Notes under the pieces: generated by a model
Database searches by the model: none
What the model saw: only the letters and a program-made list of their open reading frames with translations
Told to the model about the DNA's origin: nothing
In this document: positions 8,296 through 18,812 of the stretch, in pieces
Layout: each line of letters opens with the position of its first letter
Numbering within the stretch: position 1 is the stretch's first letter
Assembly (NCBI GenBank): GCA_019057475.1
Contig: DXJO01000004.1
Location: 32,001-96,000, forward strand
DNA: 64,000 nt
Reading direction: 5' to 3'
Origin: Candidatus Thorarchaeota archaeon
GTDB taxonomy: Archaea; Asgardarchaeota; Thorarchaeia; Thorarchaeales; Thorarchaeaceae
Translations under genes and position numbers: made by a program

Positions 8296-10893
8296 CTATG
8301 GTACAAACGTAATCATTCTCTCTACAAAGTGTTCACTGAGGTCAGCATCGCCAATCAACGTGAGAGTCGGATAGAAGCGCATCAGATGATATCCATACTG
8401 TTCTGTTTCCTCATCGTAGGCGTACCAGAGGTCGAAGATGTCATCCCAATGCTGGCTAAACATGTTGCCACTCTGGCCGCCGGTGTATACCCCGACTGCA
8501 TGCTCGATGTCGCCCATGTCTATGACCATCCGCCATGATGGTCCATGGGTTACTCTCCACTGCCCAGACTCATCATCCCACGAGCTCACTGCTCGATTGA
8601 GTGTGTTCCAACCGCGATGGGGGCCTCCACCTATCACTGTGAGGCTGGCTAAATGGTTAAAGTAGGTGACGTGGAAATTGCCGTAGTACCAATCCGTCAT
8701 ATTGCTCCCAAGCTTTAAGATCATCTCGTCCAGAGCGCGAAATAATGCGCGTGCGAGAATCTCATCACGGGTTTCCACGTCGCCGGTGGAGTGGTCATCC
8801 AAGTAGTAATTCTCATTTTCTCTGATTACTCTCTCCAGCACGGGGGTGGATGGCGTCCGCAAGTTGGCGTCAAGCGTTACACGTAGCTCGTCGAAAATCT
8901 CGTACTTTAATGCGTCAACAAGGAACCTCCATAGCGTAGGCGCCTGAATGTCTGTTTCCATCGAAAAGTCCCAATCAGACAACCAATCAACCGCAAGCTG
9001 AACAGTGGCATTGCCGTCCCCGGCCGCGTTCCATGCATCGATGACGTAAGGCACAATCCATTGAGCTGAAACATCCACAGAGTCGGCCTGCCATCTTTTC
9101 ATATCATCCATTGAAACGCTAGAGCTAGTGTTCAGTAGGTAGTTGATCCGACGTCCTCTGTATCCTGTGGCGTACGGCCCAATCACATCCCACCCGTAGG
9201 TTTCGGGATCGTAACTCCTCTGGTTCGCAGACTGCAGGTATCCCTGTGCCGGGTCAACTGACCTCGGTATGTAGGCATACGGGATGTTGGAGAGCATACC
9301 CACAGAGTCATTCAGTGCTTGAATTGGGAGGTCTCCTAGGTAGCCAGTTCTCAATGGATACCGACCTGCTGCTGTTATAGCGATGTGTCCTTCATCATCA
9401 GCATAGATGAAGTTGTGTGGCGGCGAGTCCCACCAGTACAGGGCGTCGTAGTAATCCTCTATGTTCTTAGCTTTGTTGAGAAGCGAGAGGGCCAGTAGCT
9501 CGTGAGTGATATCCAATCCAGTCCAGTTCATCGCAATGTTGGGCGTCTGAGTGCTGTCAAGATTGTATGTCCCCATCACCGAATCGATGCAAGGTCCATG
9601 TACCGAACACTTCACGTCAAAGGCGATGTCTCCCGCATCTTTCGTGTGAATCGTTTCATCGACAACCTCGAATGCACGCCATGCACCATTGTACCAGTAC
9701 TGGGAATCGTTGTCGGGGTTCACTTGCTCAACGAAGAAGTCCATGACATCATAGGCAGCCGACGTCATACCCCAAGCAATGTGGTCGCCGTGGCCAAGCA
9801 CGAATCCTGGAGTGCCTGGGAATGAGACCCCCATGACATCTATTCCTGGGGCCACAATGTGTGCTTCATACCACAGGGACGGTGCTTGGAGTGGCAGATG
9901 AGGATCATTGGCAAGGATCGAAGAACCCGTTTCTGAGAGGGAACCGCTCACTGCCCAACTGTTGCTGCCCATCGCTTCTCTTAGTTCGACGGGCAAAATG
10001 ACATCATCAATGATACTCAGCAAAGTCTTCAGCTTGTCAGCTGGTATCAAATCCTCAGATAGACTTGCTAGGTTTGCAGTAGGCGGAGGCGTTGGATCAG
10101 CTGGAAAGCCTCCGGCTGAGTTAGGATACTCGGCCAGACTGAGATTGTGCTGCTCTGGCATTATCGGCACGTTGTAAGGCATCAAGTCAGGAAAGAGATC
10201 ATTGTACATCGTGTCGTTAGCCATAGTGGTTCTGGCATATTCTCTATAGAGATCGTCAGCCCCTGACGCAAGACTCCAGCTCATCATCTTGGTCCAGATG
10301 AATACATCTACCGGTCTCCAATGTTGAGGCGTGAATCCCAATATCTTGAACTCAATTGGTGTCGTGGAGCTCGTCATTGAATCAATGAACGCGTTCACTC
10401 CTGCTACTTCCGCGTCTAAGATATCGAGGACGTAAGCAACATCTTCGTTCGTGTTTCTATTCTTAAGATACCATTGGTATGTTTCTTCAGCACCTCTTGC
10501 GAGACCGATTGCACGGTAGTATTTGTCCGAGCTGACTGCGTAGGACCCGACAATCTCGCAGATTCTACCTGCAGCCAAGTAGTTCTGCATCACCATCTGG
10601 AAAAGGCGTTCCTTGGCGTGAAGATAGCCAAGCGCCATGTAGGCGTCTGTCACCGCGTCAGCGTAGATGTGTGGGATACCCCACTCGTCAAAAAAGACTT
10701 CTACGTTAGCATCTAGACCTGGAAGATTGATTGTCTGTAAGGCGGGCTCTGGATACCCAACATCGAATATCCCGCCAGTTGGGGCGATTATTCCAAGGCC
10801 GCCAGAGAGCGGACCGATTGGCATTGTCAGCATAACAACCAGTGCAATGGGCCCTACCAAGGAGAGGCCCAGATTCAGAATCTTTCTCTTCAT
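8296..10893 (-). CDS. penicillin acylase family Ntn hydrolase (peptidase S45), membrane-anchored or secreted
   Basis: DEWGIPHIYA, GYLHAKERLFQM, GSNSWAV (catalytic Ser), ANDPHL, GGQSGN; N-terminal TM segment. Confidence 0.95.
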   Translation of the reverse strand: MKRKILNLGLSLVGPIALVVMLTMPIGPLSGGLGIIAPTGGIFDVGYPEPALQTINLPGLDANVEVFFDEWGIPHIYADAVTDAYMALGYLHAKERLFQMVMQNYLAAGRICEIVGSYAVSSDKYYRAIGLARGAEETYQWYLKNRNTNEDVAYVLDILDAEVAGVNAFIDSMTSSTTPIEFKILGFTPQHWRPVDVFIWTKMMSWSLASGADDLYREYARTTMANDTMYNDLFPDLMPYNVPIMPEQHNLSLAEYPNSAGGFPADPTPPPTANLASLSEDLIPADKLKTLLSIIDDVILPVELREAMGSNSWAVSGSLSETGSSILANDPHLPLQAPSLWYEAHIVAPGIDVMGVSFPGTPGFVLGHGDHIAWGMTSAAYDVMDFFVEQVNPDNDSQYWYNGAWRAFEVVDETIHTKDAGDIAFDVKCSVHGPCIDSVMGTYNLDSTQTPNIAMNWTGLDITHELLALSLLNKAKNIEDYYDALYWWDSPPHNFIYADDEGHIAITAAGRYPLRTGYLGDLPIQALNDSVGMLSNIPYAYIPRSVDPAQGYLQSANQRSYDPETYGWDVIGPYATGYRGRRINYLLNTSSSVSMDDMKRWQADSVDVSAQWIVPYVIDAWNAAGDGNATVQLAVDWLSDWDFSMETDIQAPTLWRFLVDALKYEIFDELRVTLDANLRTPSTPVLERVIRENENYYLDDHSTGDVETRDEILARALFRALDEMILKLGSNMTDWYYGNFHVTYFNHLASLTVIGGGPHRGWNTLNRAVSSWDDESGQWRVTHGPSWRMVIDMGDIEHAVGVYTGGQSGNMFSQHWDDIFDLWYAYDEETEQYGYHLMRFYPTLTLIGDADLSEHFVERMITFVP

Positions 10894-11026
10894 ATCTCAT
10901 CAGCGCCCGGAGTGCGATTCCACACAGTTACTCTTCCCTCCCTTTAAGCATTAGGTGCAAGCCGAATTGTCAGGTTGGCAAGCTTTTTCTGTGAGATGAG
11001 ACGCGATGTGGAGGTAGTGAGCGACA

Positions 11027-12073
11027 ATGGTAAAGACGGAAACATTTCGCGGTAGAGATTTCATAACACTCCTTGATTATACTAAAGAGGAGGTCGAGAC
11101 AATTCTTGACGTTGCCATAGACCTCAAGAAGAAGTTTGCAATAGGAGAGCCTCACAAGCTGCTTGATGCTAAGACGCTCTTCATGATATTTTACAACCAG
11201 TCCTTAAGGACGCGTAATTCGTTCGAGGCTGGAATGACTCAGTTAGGTGGTCATGCGCATTTTCTGGACCCGAGTAAGATATATGCTCCCGCTCTGGAGG
11301 GCGATGAGGTAGCTTATGCAACTGAGAGAGTGTCCGACGTTGCACGAGTTCTGGCCCGAATGGGGCATGGAATAGCTATTCGGTGCTACGGAGACCCAGT
11401 AGGATGGCAGTACGGCCGAGCAAATGAGATCATCAATAACTTCGCGCACTGGTCACACATTCCCATAATCAACATGGAGGATGACAAGTATCATCCATGT
11501 CAAGGATTAGCTGACGTGATGACGGTGAAGGAAAAGTTCGGGACCTTCAAGGATGTCAAATTCGTCATGAGCTGGGCGTATTCTCCCTCAGTTCACAAAC
11601 CCCTGGCCGTGCCGCAGAGCGCAGTGATTGCTGCGAGCAAAATGGGTTGTGAAACCGTCCTTGCACATCCAAAGGGATTGGAGCTGGATGATGAGGTCAT
11701 CAAACAGTGCAAGGTATACGCAGAAGAGAACAACGCCAGCTTCGAGATCATGAATGACATGGAGGAAGCGTTTGAGGGAGCACATGTCGTCTACCCGAAG
11801 GCATGGACCTGTAGGGACTTCATGCCACCTTGGAACGACAAACCTGAGCTCGAGAAGTCACAGGAATTATTTGACAAGAACAAGCACTGGATATGCGATG
11901 ATGATAAGATGAAGATTGCTGGTCCTAGGGCGTACTACATGCACTGCTTGCCTTGTGACCGCGGTTTCGAGGTTTCCAACAGTGTTATTGATGGGCCTCA
12001 GTCTATTGCATTCGACCAGGCCGAGAACAGACTACATGGCCAGAAGGCAGTCATGGCATTGACCATGCGTTAG
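11027..12073 (+). CDS. carbamoyltransferase (N-acyl-ornithine/YgeW-like, non-canonical OTC family)
   Basis: NQSLRTR, HPCQ, HCLP; WAYSPSVHKPLAVPQ loop; no SMG motif. Confidence 0.9.
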   Translation: MVKTETFRGRDFITLLDYTKEEVETILDVAIDLKKKFAIGEPHKLLDAKTLFMIFYNQSLRTRNSFEAGMTQLGGHAHFLDPSKIYAPALEGDEVAYATERVSDVARVLARMGHGIAIRCYGDPVGWQYGRANEIINNFAHWSHIPIINMEDDKYHPCQGLADVMTVKEKFGTFKDVKFVMSWAYSPSVHKPLAVPQSAVIAASKMGCETVLAHPKGLELDDEVIKQCKVYAEENNASFEIMNDMEEAFEGAHVVYPKAWTCRDFMPPWNDKPELEKSQELFDKNKHWICDDDKMKIAGPRAYYMHCLPCDRGFEVSNSVIDGPQSIAFDQAENRLHGQKAVMALTMR

Positions 12074-12127
12074 TGACTAGCTCCTCGGCTATCAGGGGTC
12101 CATGTTGGAAACAGTCAAGGATTCAGC

Positions 12128-13216
12128 ATGGCCCCTCCGATAGACCTTAAAACAGCCCTCTCTGTTGCAGAGATTGTGAACAAGATGAACAGTTTCTACG
12201 GACGCGACCTACTATGCACGCAAGATTGGAGCATTGACGAACTCGAGAAGACACTCGACCTGTCATTTGAGTTCAAGGCTAATCGTTTTGACCATGCACT
12301 GAACAACTGTCTTGACCGCCGGACATTTTTCATGTTCTTCTACAATCCAAGTGTCCGCACCAGGCAGTCGTTCGAAGCAGCAGCGACGGAGCTTGGCGGC
12401 CACGCTCAGTTCCTTGAGCCAAAGAGCATGCGACTTAAGTCCGCCAAATCCGCAGGAGAAACCATTGAGGATGCAGCCAATGTCATGAGTAGATACGCTT
12501 GTGGAATAGGAATCAGAATCTTAGAAACCGCCCTTGAATACTACGGCCAGGGTCATGAGATGCTTCAGGAGTACGCTAAGTATGCAAGTATCCCAATCGT
12601 ATCAATGGCGCACGATCGCTTCCACCCCTGCCAAGGGTTGGCTGATGTGATGGGCATGAGGATGCATGCCGGCAAGAACCTGAAGGGGAAGAAGATTCTG
12701 CAGGTTTGGGGCAAGGGAGCGCTTGTGCGTTCATGGTGTTCCGTGCAGGAAAGCATCTTGATCAATAGTCGGCTAGGCATGGATGTCACACTCGCACATC
12801 CTGAGGGATATGACCTTGATCCAGAGGTCATCAAATGGTGCGAGGAGAACGCTGCAGCTTCCGGTGGCAACTTTGAGGTTGTTCATGATATCGAGGAGGG
12901 CTACAAAGGAGCGGACTTTGTCTACTCACGCAACTGGATGACATCCGGTTTCTACGGAATAACCCAGAGCAAGGGAGCTGATGCTGCCAAGAAGAAGGAG
13001 ATTGAGCTTGCATCCAAGCACGACGAGTGGATCACGACCAGTGACTGGATGTCCAAGACAAATGATGCGTTCTTTACACACTGCGGACCAGTCGATAGGA
13101 ATGCAGAGGTAACCGATGAGGTCTGTGATGGTCCGAAGTCCATAGTGTACGATGTTGCCGAGAACCGACTGCACGTTCAGAAGGCGATTATGGCCCTAAC
13201 AATGGCGAAGCTGTAA
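12128..13216 (+). CDS. second carbamoyltransferase paralogue (non-canonical OTC family)
   Basis: NPSVRTR, HPCQ, AENRLH; HCGP instead of HCLP. Confidence 0.9.
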   Translation: MAPPIDLKTALSVAEIVNKMNSFYGRDLLCTQDWSIDELEKTLDLSFEFKANRFDHALNNCLDRRTFFMFFYNPSVRTRQSFEAAATELGGHAQFLEPKSMRLKSAKSAGETIEDAANVMSRYACGIGIRILETALEYYGQGHEMLQEYAKYASIPIVSMAHDRFHPCQGLADVMGMRMHAGKNLKGKKILQVWGKGALVRSWCSVQESILINSRLGMDVTLAHPEGYDLDPEVIKWCEENAAASGGNFEVVHDIEEGYKGADFVYSRNWMTSGFYGITQSKGADAAKKKEIELASKHDEWITTSDWMSKTNDAFFTHCGPVDRNAEVTDEVCDGPKSIVYDVAENRLHVQKAIMALTMAKL

Positions 13217-13225
13217 GCGACTAAT

Positions 13226-14116
13226 TTACCACGCACCCTCGGTTTCATCGAATGCTCGCATCAGGAACATAATGCTGACTGCCATCAGTATGAGAATGAT
13301 GATGAATGCGCCTATAAACGTGCCAGCAGTCAGGGGATTCCCCCATGGAGTAGTACGACTAAATAAGTCACTCCAGTACAATCCCCCTGTTGCCCTAGCA
13401 AACTCGGTCAGGATGAAGGGGACACTGACGAATGTTGCAATCGCGAGCATTATGTAACCTGCGCGTTTGAGCCAAACTTGTTTCGCAGTTTTTGTTTCCA
13501 TTGTTTTTTCCTCTATTCTCTCATCATTCAACGGCGCAACATCCTTGTTTTTCTTTGGGTCTGTCCCTCTTGTAATCAGATGGTCATGCACTCGGTTGTA
13601 CTTGTGTCTACAATAACTCTTGAATCCTTTGATAGATATGTCCCTATCCCGTGCCAATAGCTTCTCGGAAAAGAAGTAAGACACTAGGGCGACCAGTGCC
13701 CCCCAGAAAACCGGTTCTGGATTACCATAGAACAAGGTCACGTTATAGAGGGCTGCTCCAACTCTCAGACCCACAAGTCCCGAGAGCCAACTGGTATGGT
13801 TCTCGAAAATACTCCTTCTGGTATGGAGGTAATAAGATCCTGCAATCATTGCAAACAGGACGAAAGAAGCGATGTCCGCTACAATCCATATAACCCCCCA
13901 GTAGGTCGTCAGTGCAAAACGTACAATGGGGTTGTACTCGTAATCGGCACCATGCGCCTGGAACAAGAGGACGGTGTAAACCGCGTCAATCAACCCAATG
14001 GGCGAAATTGCCAATACAAGCCCTCGAACCCACTTCTCCTGCCACCAGAGAGAGAACATCTGACGAGAACTCATCGTAGATAGCGTGGGCTTTTGTCGCT
14101 TGACACCCATCGACAC
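13226..14116 (-). CDS. membrane protein (DUF5658-like N-terminus)
   Basis: IDAVYT...EYNPIV motif and several TM helices. Confidence 0.65.
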   Translation of the reverse strand: MSMGVKRQKPTLSTMSSRQMFSLWWQEKWVRGLVLAISPIGLIDAVYTVLLFQAHGADYEYNPIVRFALTTYWGVIWIVADIASFVLFAMIAGSYYLHTRRSIFENHTSWLSGLVGLRVGAALYNVTLFYGNPEPVFWGALVALVSYFFSEKLLARDRDISIKGFKSYCRHKYNRVHDHLITRGTDPKKNKDVAPLNDERIEEKTMETKTAKQVWLKRAGYIMLAIATFVSVPFILTEFARATGGLYWSDLFSRTTPWGNPLTAGTFIGAFIIILILMAVSIMFLMRAFDETEGAW

Positions 14117-14204
14117 GTTTCACCAAGCGCAATGTCTGCGGGTATTGTCTTTAAGTTCTACTAATTGCGCTATGTTCGACCTTTCTACTGCAGGTCTTAG
14201 AATG

Positions 14205-14241
14205 AAAAAAGAGAGGGGCGCAGAGAGTCAGACTCTCTGCG
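14205..14241 (-). terminator. hairpin plus U-tract after SBP gene
   Basis: Perfect 10-bp stem CGCAGAGAGT/ACTCTCTGCG (14219-14241), then TTTTTT on the minus strand. Confidence 0.7.
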
Positions 14242-14266
14242 TTCTAACTTGTATACCCTTTGGCTT

Positions 14267-16135
14267 CTACCCAGTTATATGGACGTGGTAGAAGTAGCAC
14301 TGGTGCATCGGGTTGCACGCATACTGGGCGTTGTACACATTGTGGCGAACGACGAGAAGGCTAGTTGCCTGATAGACCCAGATGTATCCAGCATGCTCAA
14401 TGATTGCATCTTGGACTAGGCCGTAGAGACGCTCTCGCTCCGCGATATCCGTTTCAACCGCAGCATCGTCAATCCAACCGTCGACTTGCGCTGCATTCCA
14501 GCCCGCTGACTCACCCAATCGTGCCCAGTACCCGTATGTACCAGTACTCTTCACGTATGGGGAAGCGTAGTTGTCTGGATCAGCGTAATCTGGAGCCCAG
14601 CCAATCATCCAACAACCCACTGTGCCATCAATGGCCGCACCGATGTAGCTTGACCATTCCATTCCCACAACGTCAATTGTGAGGGTCTCAGTGGGTTGAA
14701 TGGCACCATCCACTTCCAGCATGGCCATAATGCCATCCTTCAGAAGCAGCTGGCACTTCCGGCGAACCTCGTTACCAGTGTTGTAGTACAACACAAGGTG
14801 ATACGAGTTGTTGTTCAGAATAGCCTGAAAGCCGTCATCGTTCATCGCAGCATTCCAAGAATCCTTGGCCTTTTCAAGGTCATATGGATACTGGTACGCA
14901 GAGTAGTTGTGGGCAAACATCCCCTGCGGGATTGGTCCCTGTCCTTGGACACCAAAGCCGTTGATAACAGTGTCAATGGCAGTCTGGTAGTCGAACGCGT
15001 AGCTGAAGCACTGCCTGACGTTCTTGAGCCGGTATGGATTCTCGATAGTCTTACCTAGCGTGGCTTCGTTTATAATGTCGGACATCGTGAAGTGGATGTC
15101 TGCTATGCTGAAGGTTGGGTATTTCGCCCATATCTTGATGGCGGGATTAAGACTTTGATATGTCCCAGTGTTGGCCGCAAAAACAGGGGGCGACACGTTG
15201 TTGTAGAGTTCGTAAGCATGAGTCGCCGGCAAGTAAATGCCCAGCGAATCTCCAGTCAGGATGTTCTCAAGTCTGCTGGTGACTTCCTCATTTGTCTTGA
15301 TGATGACCGTGTCAATCGTACCTGCGTATGGGAACAAGGTCTTGGCATCATCTGCTCGCCAGTAGTCTTCGTACCTCCGCAAGACGACTCTCTCGTCCAT
15401 CACCCATTCTGTCATCATGTACGGTCCAGTGCCGCAAGTGTGCAAATCAATGTAGGTAGTGTGAGAACCGACGATAATACCCATGTGGGCTTCCACCCAT
15501 GTTGGGCTGATCATGGCGCCAACTTCATAGGTGATTGCAGCCAAGAATGGTGTGTAGGCATAGGCCAGCTTGATCACGATTTCGTATTCACTAGTCACAG
15601 TCAAAGCGCCAGTGCCTGCATCGTTTTGGGCTTTCCACGCAGTGTAGTTGCCTACGTGGTCCGCATGGGTACCTCCGAAGACAGCATCTTCAATTGCTTG
15701 ACCTCCGTAGATAGGCTCTGCAACCATCCATACAGGACCACTCGGGTCAAATGTTGCCAACATCCTCTCGAAGTTGTACTTGACACACGAAGCGTTGAAT
15801 GGTGTTCCATCATGGAATGTGACTCCTTCACGAAGGGTGAAGGTGTATTCCAACCCGTCGCTTGAGATGCTCAAGTCTGACGCCAGAAGTGGAACAACTG
15901 GGTCAGTTCTGAGACTATCCCATTCGTAGGTGTATAGTGTTTCATAGACGTTGTAGTGGACATGAGATCCGCGCGTTTCATAATTGGCGTGCGGGTCCAT
16001 ATACTTGGGATTGCCTATGGTTTCCGTGACTATTGTCTGGCCAGTAAGCACTGGTGGAGTCATCAAAATATATGCTCCAACAGACCCAACTATAACAACG
16101 ACCACTACAATCGCTATTAATTGATTTCGTTCCAA
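14267..16135 (-). CDS. peptide ABC transporter solute-binding protein (family 5)
   Basis: YTFTLREGVTFHDGTPFNA, GTGPY, GWAPDYADPD; N-terminal anchor. Confidence 0.95.
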   Translation of the reverse strand: MERNQLIAIVVVVVIVGSVGAYILMTPPVLTGQTIVTETIGNPKYMDPHANYETRGSHVHYNVYETLYTYEWDSLRTDPVVPLLASDLSISSDGLEYTFTLREGVTFHDGTPFNASCVKYNFERMLATFDPSGPVWMVAEPIYGGQAIEDAVFGGTHADHVGNYTAWKAQNDAGTGALTVTSEYEIVIKLAYAYTPFLAAITYEVGAMISPTWVEAHMGIIVGSHTTYIDLHTCGTGPYMMTEWVMDERVVLRRYEDYWRADDAKTLFPYAGTIDTVIIKTNEEVTSRLENILTGDSLGIYLPATHAYELYNNVSPPVFAANTGTYQSLNPAIKIWAKYPTFSIADIHFTMSDIINEATLGKTIENPYRLKNVRQCFSYAFDYQTAIDTVINGFGVQGQGPIPQGMFAHNYSAYQYPYDLEKAKDSWNAAMNDDGFQAILNNNSYHLVLYYNTGNEVRRKCQLLLKDGIMAMLEVDGAIQPTETLTIDVVGMEWSSYIGAAIDGTVGCWMIGWAPDYADPDNYASPYVKSTGTYGYWARLGESAGWNAAQVDGWIDDAAVETDIAERERLYGLVQDAIIEHAGYIWVYQATSLLVVRHNVYNAQYACNPMHQCYFYHVHITG

Positions 16136-16434
16136 TGTTATCTTCCTCTAATATATTAGCGAATGCCATTAGCATCCTGCTTTCTGCACTCGTTCTTCGC
16201 ATGCGCGAATGAGTCTTGTTTACAGATGGTTCTAATATAGCTTGCGCCTTATCTGACATTAGAGAATGGGCCAGTCGTTTCAAGTTCCAAGTTGCCAGTA
16301 AACAAGAAATATCTAAGCGCTACTTCTGTTGCTTATCCCTAAATCCTTAAATACGGCCACAATTGAACACGCTCCAACGAGCCGAGTGAGAACGACCAGA
16401 CCTTGAGTTCAATACAACCTACGGAGGCATTCGG

Positions 16435-17469
16435 ATGAAGCTTAGGGATTTCATATTGAGAAGGTTAATTTTGGCAATACCAGTTGTGTTTGGGGTTATG
16501 ACGATGACATGGTTTCTATCGTATATCATTGGGAATCCTGTCGCAATGTATATCAACACAAACACCCCTGCTAGCGCCATTCCTGCCATAAGACGAGCAC
16601 ACGGCTTTGACGAGCCCCTTTATGTTCAATACTTCTTGTACCTATCTGGTTTATTCCAAGGAGACTGGGGAATCAGCACATCGACTTCCTTTAGGCCAGT
16701 CACTGAGATCATCCTACTGAAATTTCCGGCGACGATAGAGCTTTCCATGATTGCAATGATTTTCGCGATTGTCCTAGGCATCCCTCTTGGGATTCTCTCG
16801 GCCACACACAAGGACCAGAAAATCGATCATATCATGAGGATCTTTGCACTCGCAGGAGTTTCTATGCCTATCTTCTGGTTTGCGCTGATGTTGAAGCATG
16901 TCCTATATTTCCAGCTCGCTATCGCGGGGTTGCCCCATTTGCCTGGGGGTGAGAGATATACCCTCATCCGATATTTGAGCTTTAAATATACGACCGGGTT
17001 CCTCCTGATTGATTCCTTGTTTTTCTACGGCGACTTTACACTCTTCGTTGATGCTCTGTTGCATTTGGCGATGCCGGGATTCTGTCTTGGCTATCTCACA
17101 ATCGCAATCATAACAAGAATGATGCGCTCAAGTATGCTGGAGGTTCTGAGGGAAGATTACATCACATTAGCAAGATCAAAGGGCCTGACTGAGCGAGTTG
17201 TCATCTACAGGCATGCACTCAGGAATGCAATGATTCCGACCGTTACAGTCATCGGTCTGGCGTTTGGCAGTCTAATAACTGGCGCTGTGCTGACTGAAAC
17301 AATCTTTAACTGGCCTGGCCTGGGAAAGTGGGCTGTAAGAGCGATTTTTAGTTCCGATTTAGCTGCGATAAATGGATTCACGCTGTTGGTGGCTTTCATA
17401 TTCGTCACTGCGAACTTGGTCGTAGACCTGATCTATGGAGTGCTAGACCCAAGGATACGATTCGGATAG
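16435..17469 (+). CDS. peptide ABC transporter permease (OppB/DppB-like)
   Basis: FPATIEL, RSSMLEVL..DYITLARSKGL, ETIFNWPGLG, LDPRIR. Confidence 0.95.
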   Translation: MKLRDFILRRLILAIPVVFGVMTMTWFLSYIIGNPVAMYINTNTPASAIPAIRRAHGFDEPLYVQYFLYLSGLFQGDWGISTSTSFRPVTEIILLKFPATIELSMIAMIFAIVLGIPLGILSATHKDQKIDHIMRIFALAGVSMPIFWFALMLKHVLYFQLAIAGLPHLPGGERYTLIRYLSFKYTTGFLLIDSLFFYGDFTLFVDALLHLAMPGFCLGYLTIAIITRMMRSSMLEVLREDYITLARSKGLTERVVIYRHALRNAMIPTVTVIGLAFGSLITGAVLTETIFNWPGLGKWAVRAIFSSDLAAINGFTLLVAFIFVTANLVVDLIYGVLDPRIRFG

Positions 17470-17473
17470 GAGA

Positions 17474-18808
17474 GTGGCATATGTAATGTCGTCAGAATCG
17501 ATTCAAGCAATGGCGGAAGGAAGCAATGACATGGAGGGACGTGGAACACAGTTTCAGATACTGGCACTAATCCAGCTTATAGTGTCCATGATGGGTTTCA
17601 TGTTCGGTGGAACGGTCGTACTCGGAAGTCTTGCAGTAATGATGGGTGGACTGGAGGCAGGTTCTTGGTTGTTTTTGACCGCTTGGTTTGTGCAATCAAT
17701 CATCATCCTAATTCTGAGCTACATGCTGCTGCGGATAGGAATCGCCCTTTTGAATCGCGATATGTGGGCGTTCTCAGCCGCACTCTACCTGAACCTTTTG
17801 CTTGTCCTCGTATTCCTTACAATCGGCGGTGCCGGAACAATATTCGCGACCGCAGCCATTGTTCCAGTCGTTGTTCTCTTCTTGCCTGATGTGAAAAAGT
17901 ACTGGTACCCGAGCTTTTACGAGGACACAGTGCCGCGCATCAAGGAGTTGCGCCACGCTCTGTATCTAATTCGCAAGAGTCCCCTTGTGGTTGCAGGCAT
18001 CGTGATACTGGTCTGCTTTGTTGCAATTGCACTGCTCGCTCCATTCATCACTACCTACGGCCCGGAGCAGAGAATCTGGGCTGATTCCAATCTTCCCCCA
18101 GGCTCTCCGAGTTCCGTGGAGGGCATGCCTGATCATATCTGGGGAACCGATGATTCCGGTGGGGACATATACAGTCGGCTTATCTGGGCTGCACAAGTTG
18201 ACCTAAGGATTTCTCTTTCGGTAGTCATAGTTGCAGTAATGATTGGCACATTCATTGGTGCGGTGGCAGGGTACTACGGTGGCAAGATAGACGAACTCGT
18301 CATGCGCGTCACCGACGTGTTTTTCGCCTTTCCAGGTCTAATACTGTGTATGGCCATCGTCATGGCGTTGGGAGAGAAAAGCCTCGACACTATATCCATT
18401 GCATTGATGGTGGTTTGGTGGCCTACATATGCTCGTCTTGTGAGAGGTCAGGTTCTTGCAGAGCGAGAGAAGCTCTATGTCGAAGCAGCTCGCTCTATTG
18501 GAGCTAGCGATGGTCGGATTCTGCTCTTCCATATTATCCCCAACACGATTCAGCCATTGATTGTCCAGTCCACAATGGACGTGGGTTCGGTCCTTCTGAC
18601 AGCTGCTGGTCTTGCTTTCATAGGATTCGGTCCTCCTGCTGGAGCTGCAGAATGGGGTCTGATGATTGCGATTGCTCAGCTGTATTTCTCGATGAATCAG
18701 TATGCAATTTTCTTCCCTGGGATGGCAATCCTGTTAACAGCATTGGCATCAAACTTGGTGGGTGACGGGTTACGTGATATTCTTGACCCCAAGCTAAGGA
18801 GGAGATAG
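17474..18808 (+). CDS. peptide ABC transporter permease (OppC/DppC-like) with extra N-terminal TM domain
   Basis: WGTDDSGGDIYSR, YVEAARSIGA, GDGLRDILDP. Confidence 0.95.
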   Translation: MAYVMSSESIQAMAEGSNDMEGRGTQFQILALIQLIVSMMGFMFGGTVVLGSLAVMMGGLEAGSWLFLTAWFVQSIIILILSYMLLRIGIALLNRDMWAFSAALYLNLLLVLVFLTIGGAGTIFATAAIVPVVVLFLPDVKKYWYPSFYEDTVPRIKELRHALYLIRKSPLVVAGIVILVCFVAIALLAPFITTYGPEQRIWADSNLPPGSPSSVEGMPDHIWGTDDSGGDIYSRLIWAAQVDLRISLSVVIVAVMIGTFIGAVAGYYGGKIDELVMRVTDVFFAFPGLILCMAIVMALGEKSLDTISIALMVVWWPTYARLVRGQVLAEREKLYVEAARSIGASDGRILLFHIIPNTIQPLIVQSTMDVGSVLLTAAGLAFIGFGPPAGAAEWGLMIAIAQLYFSMNQYAIFFPGMAILLTALASNLVGDGLRDILDPKLRRR

Positions 18809-18812
18809 ATCA

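Noticed and set aside
15092-15865. 257-aa plus-strand ORF and many similar short overlapping ORFs
   Set aside because: Antisense or alternate-frame shadows of well-supported genes
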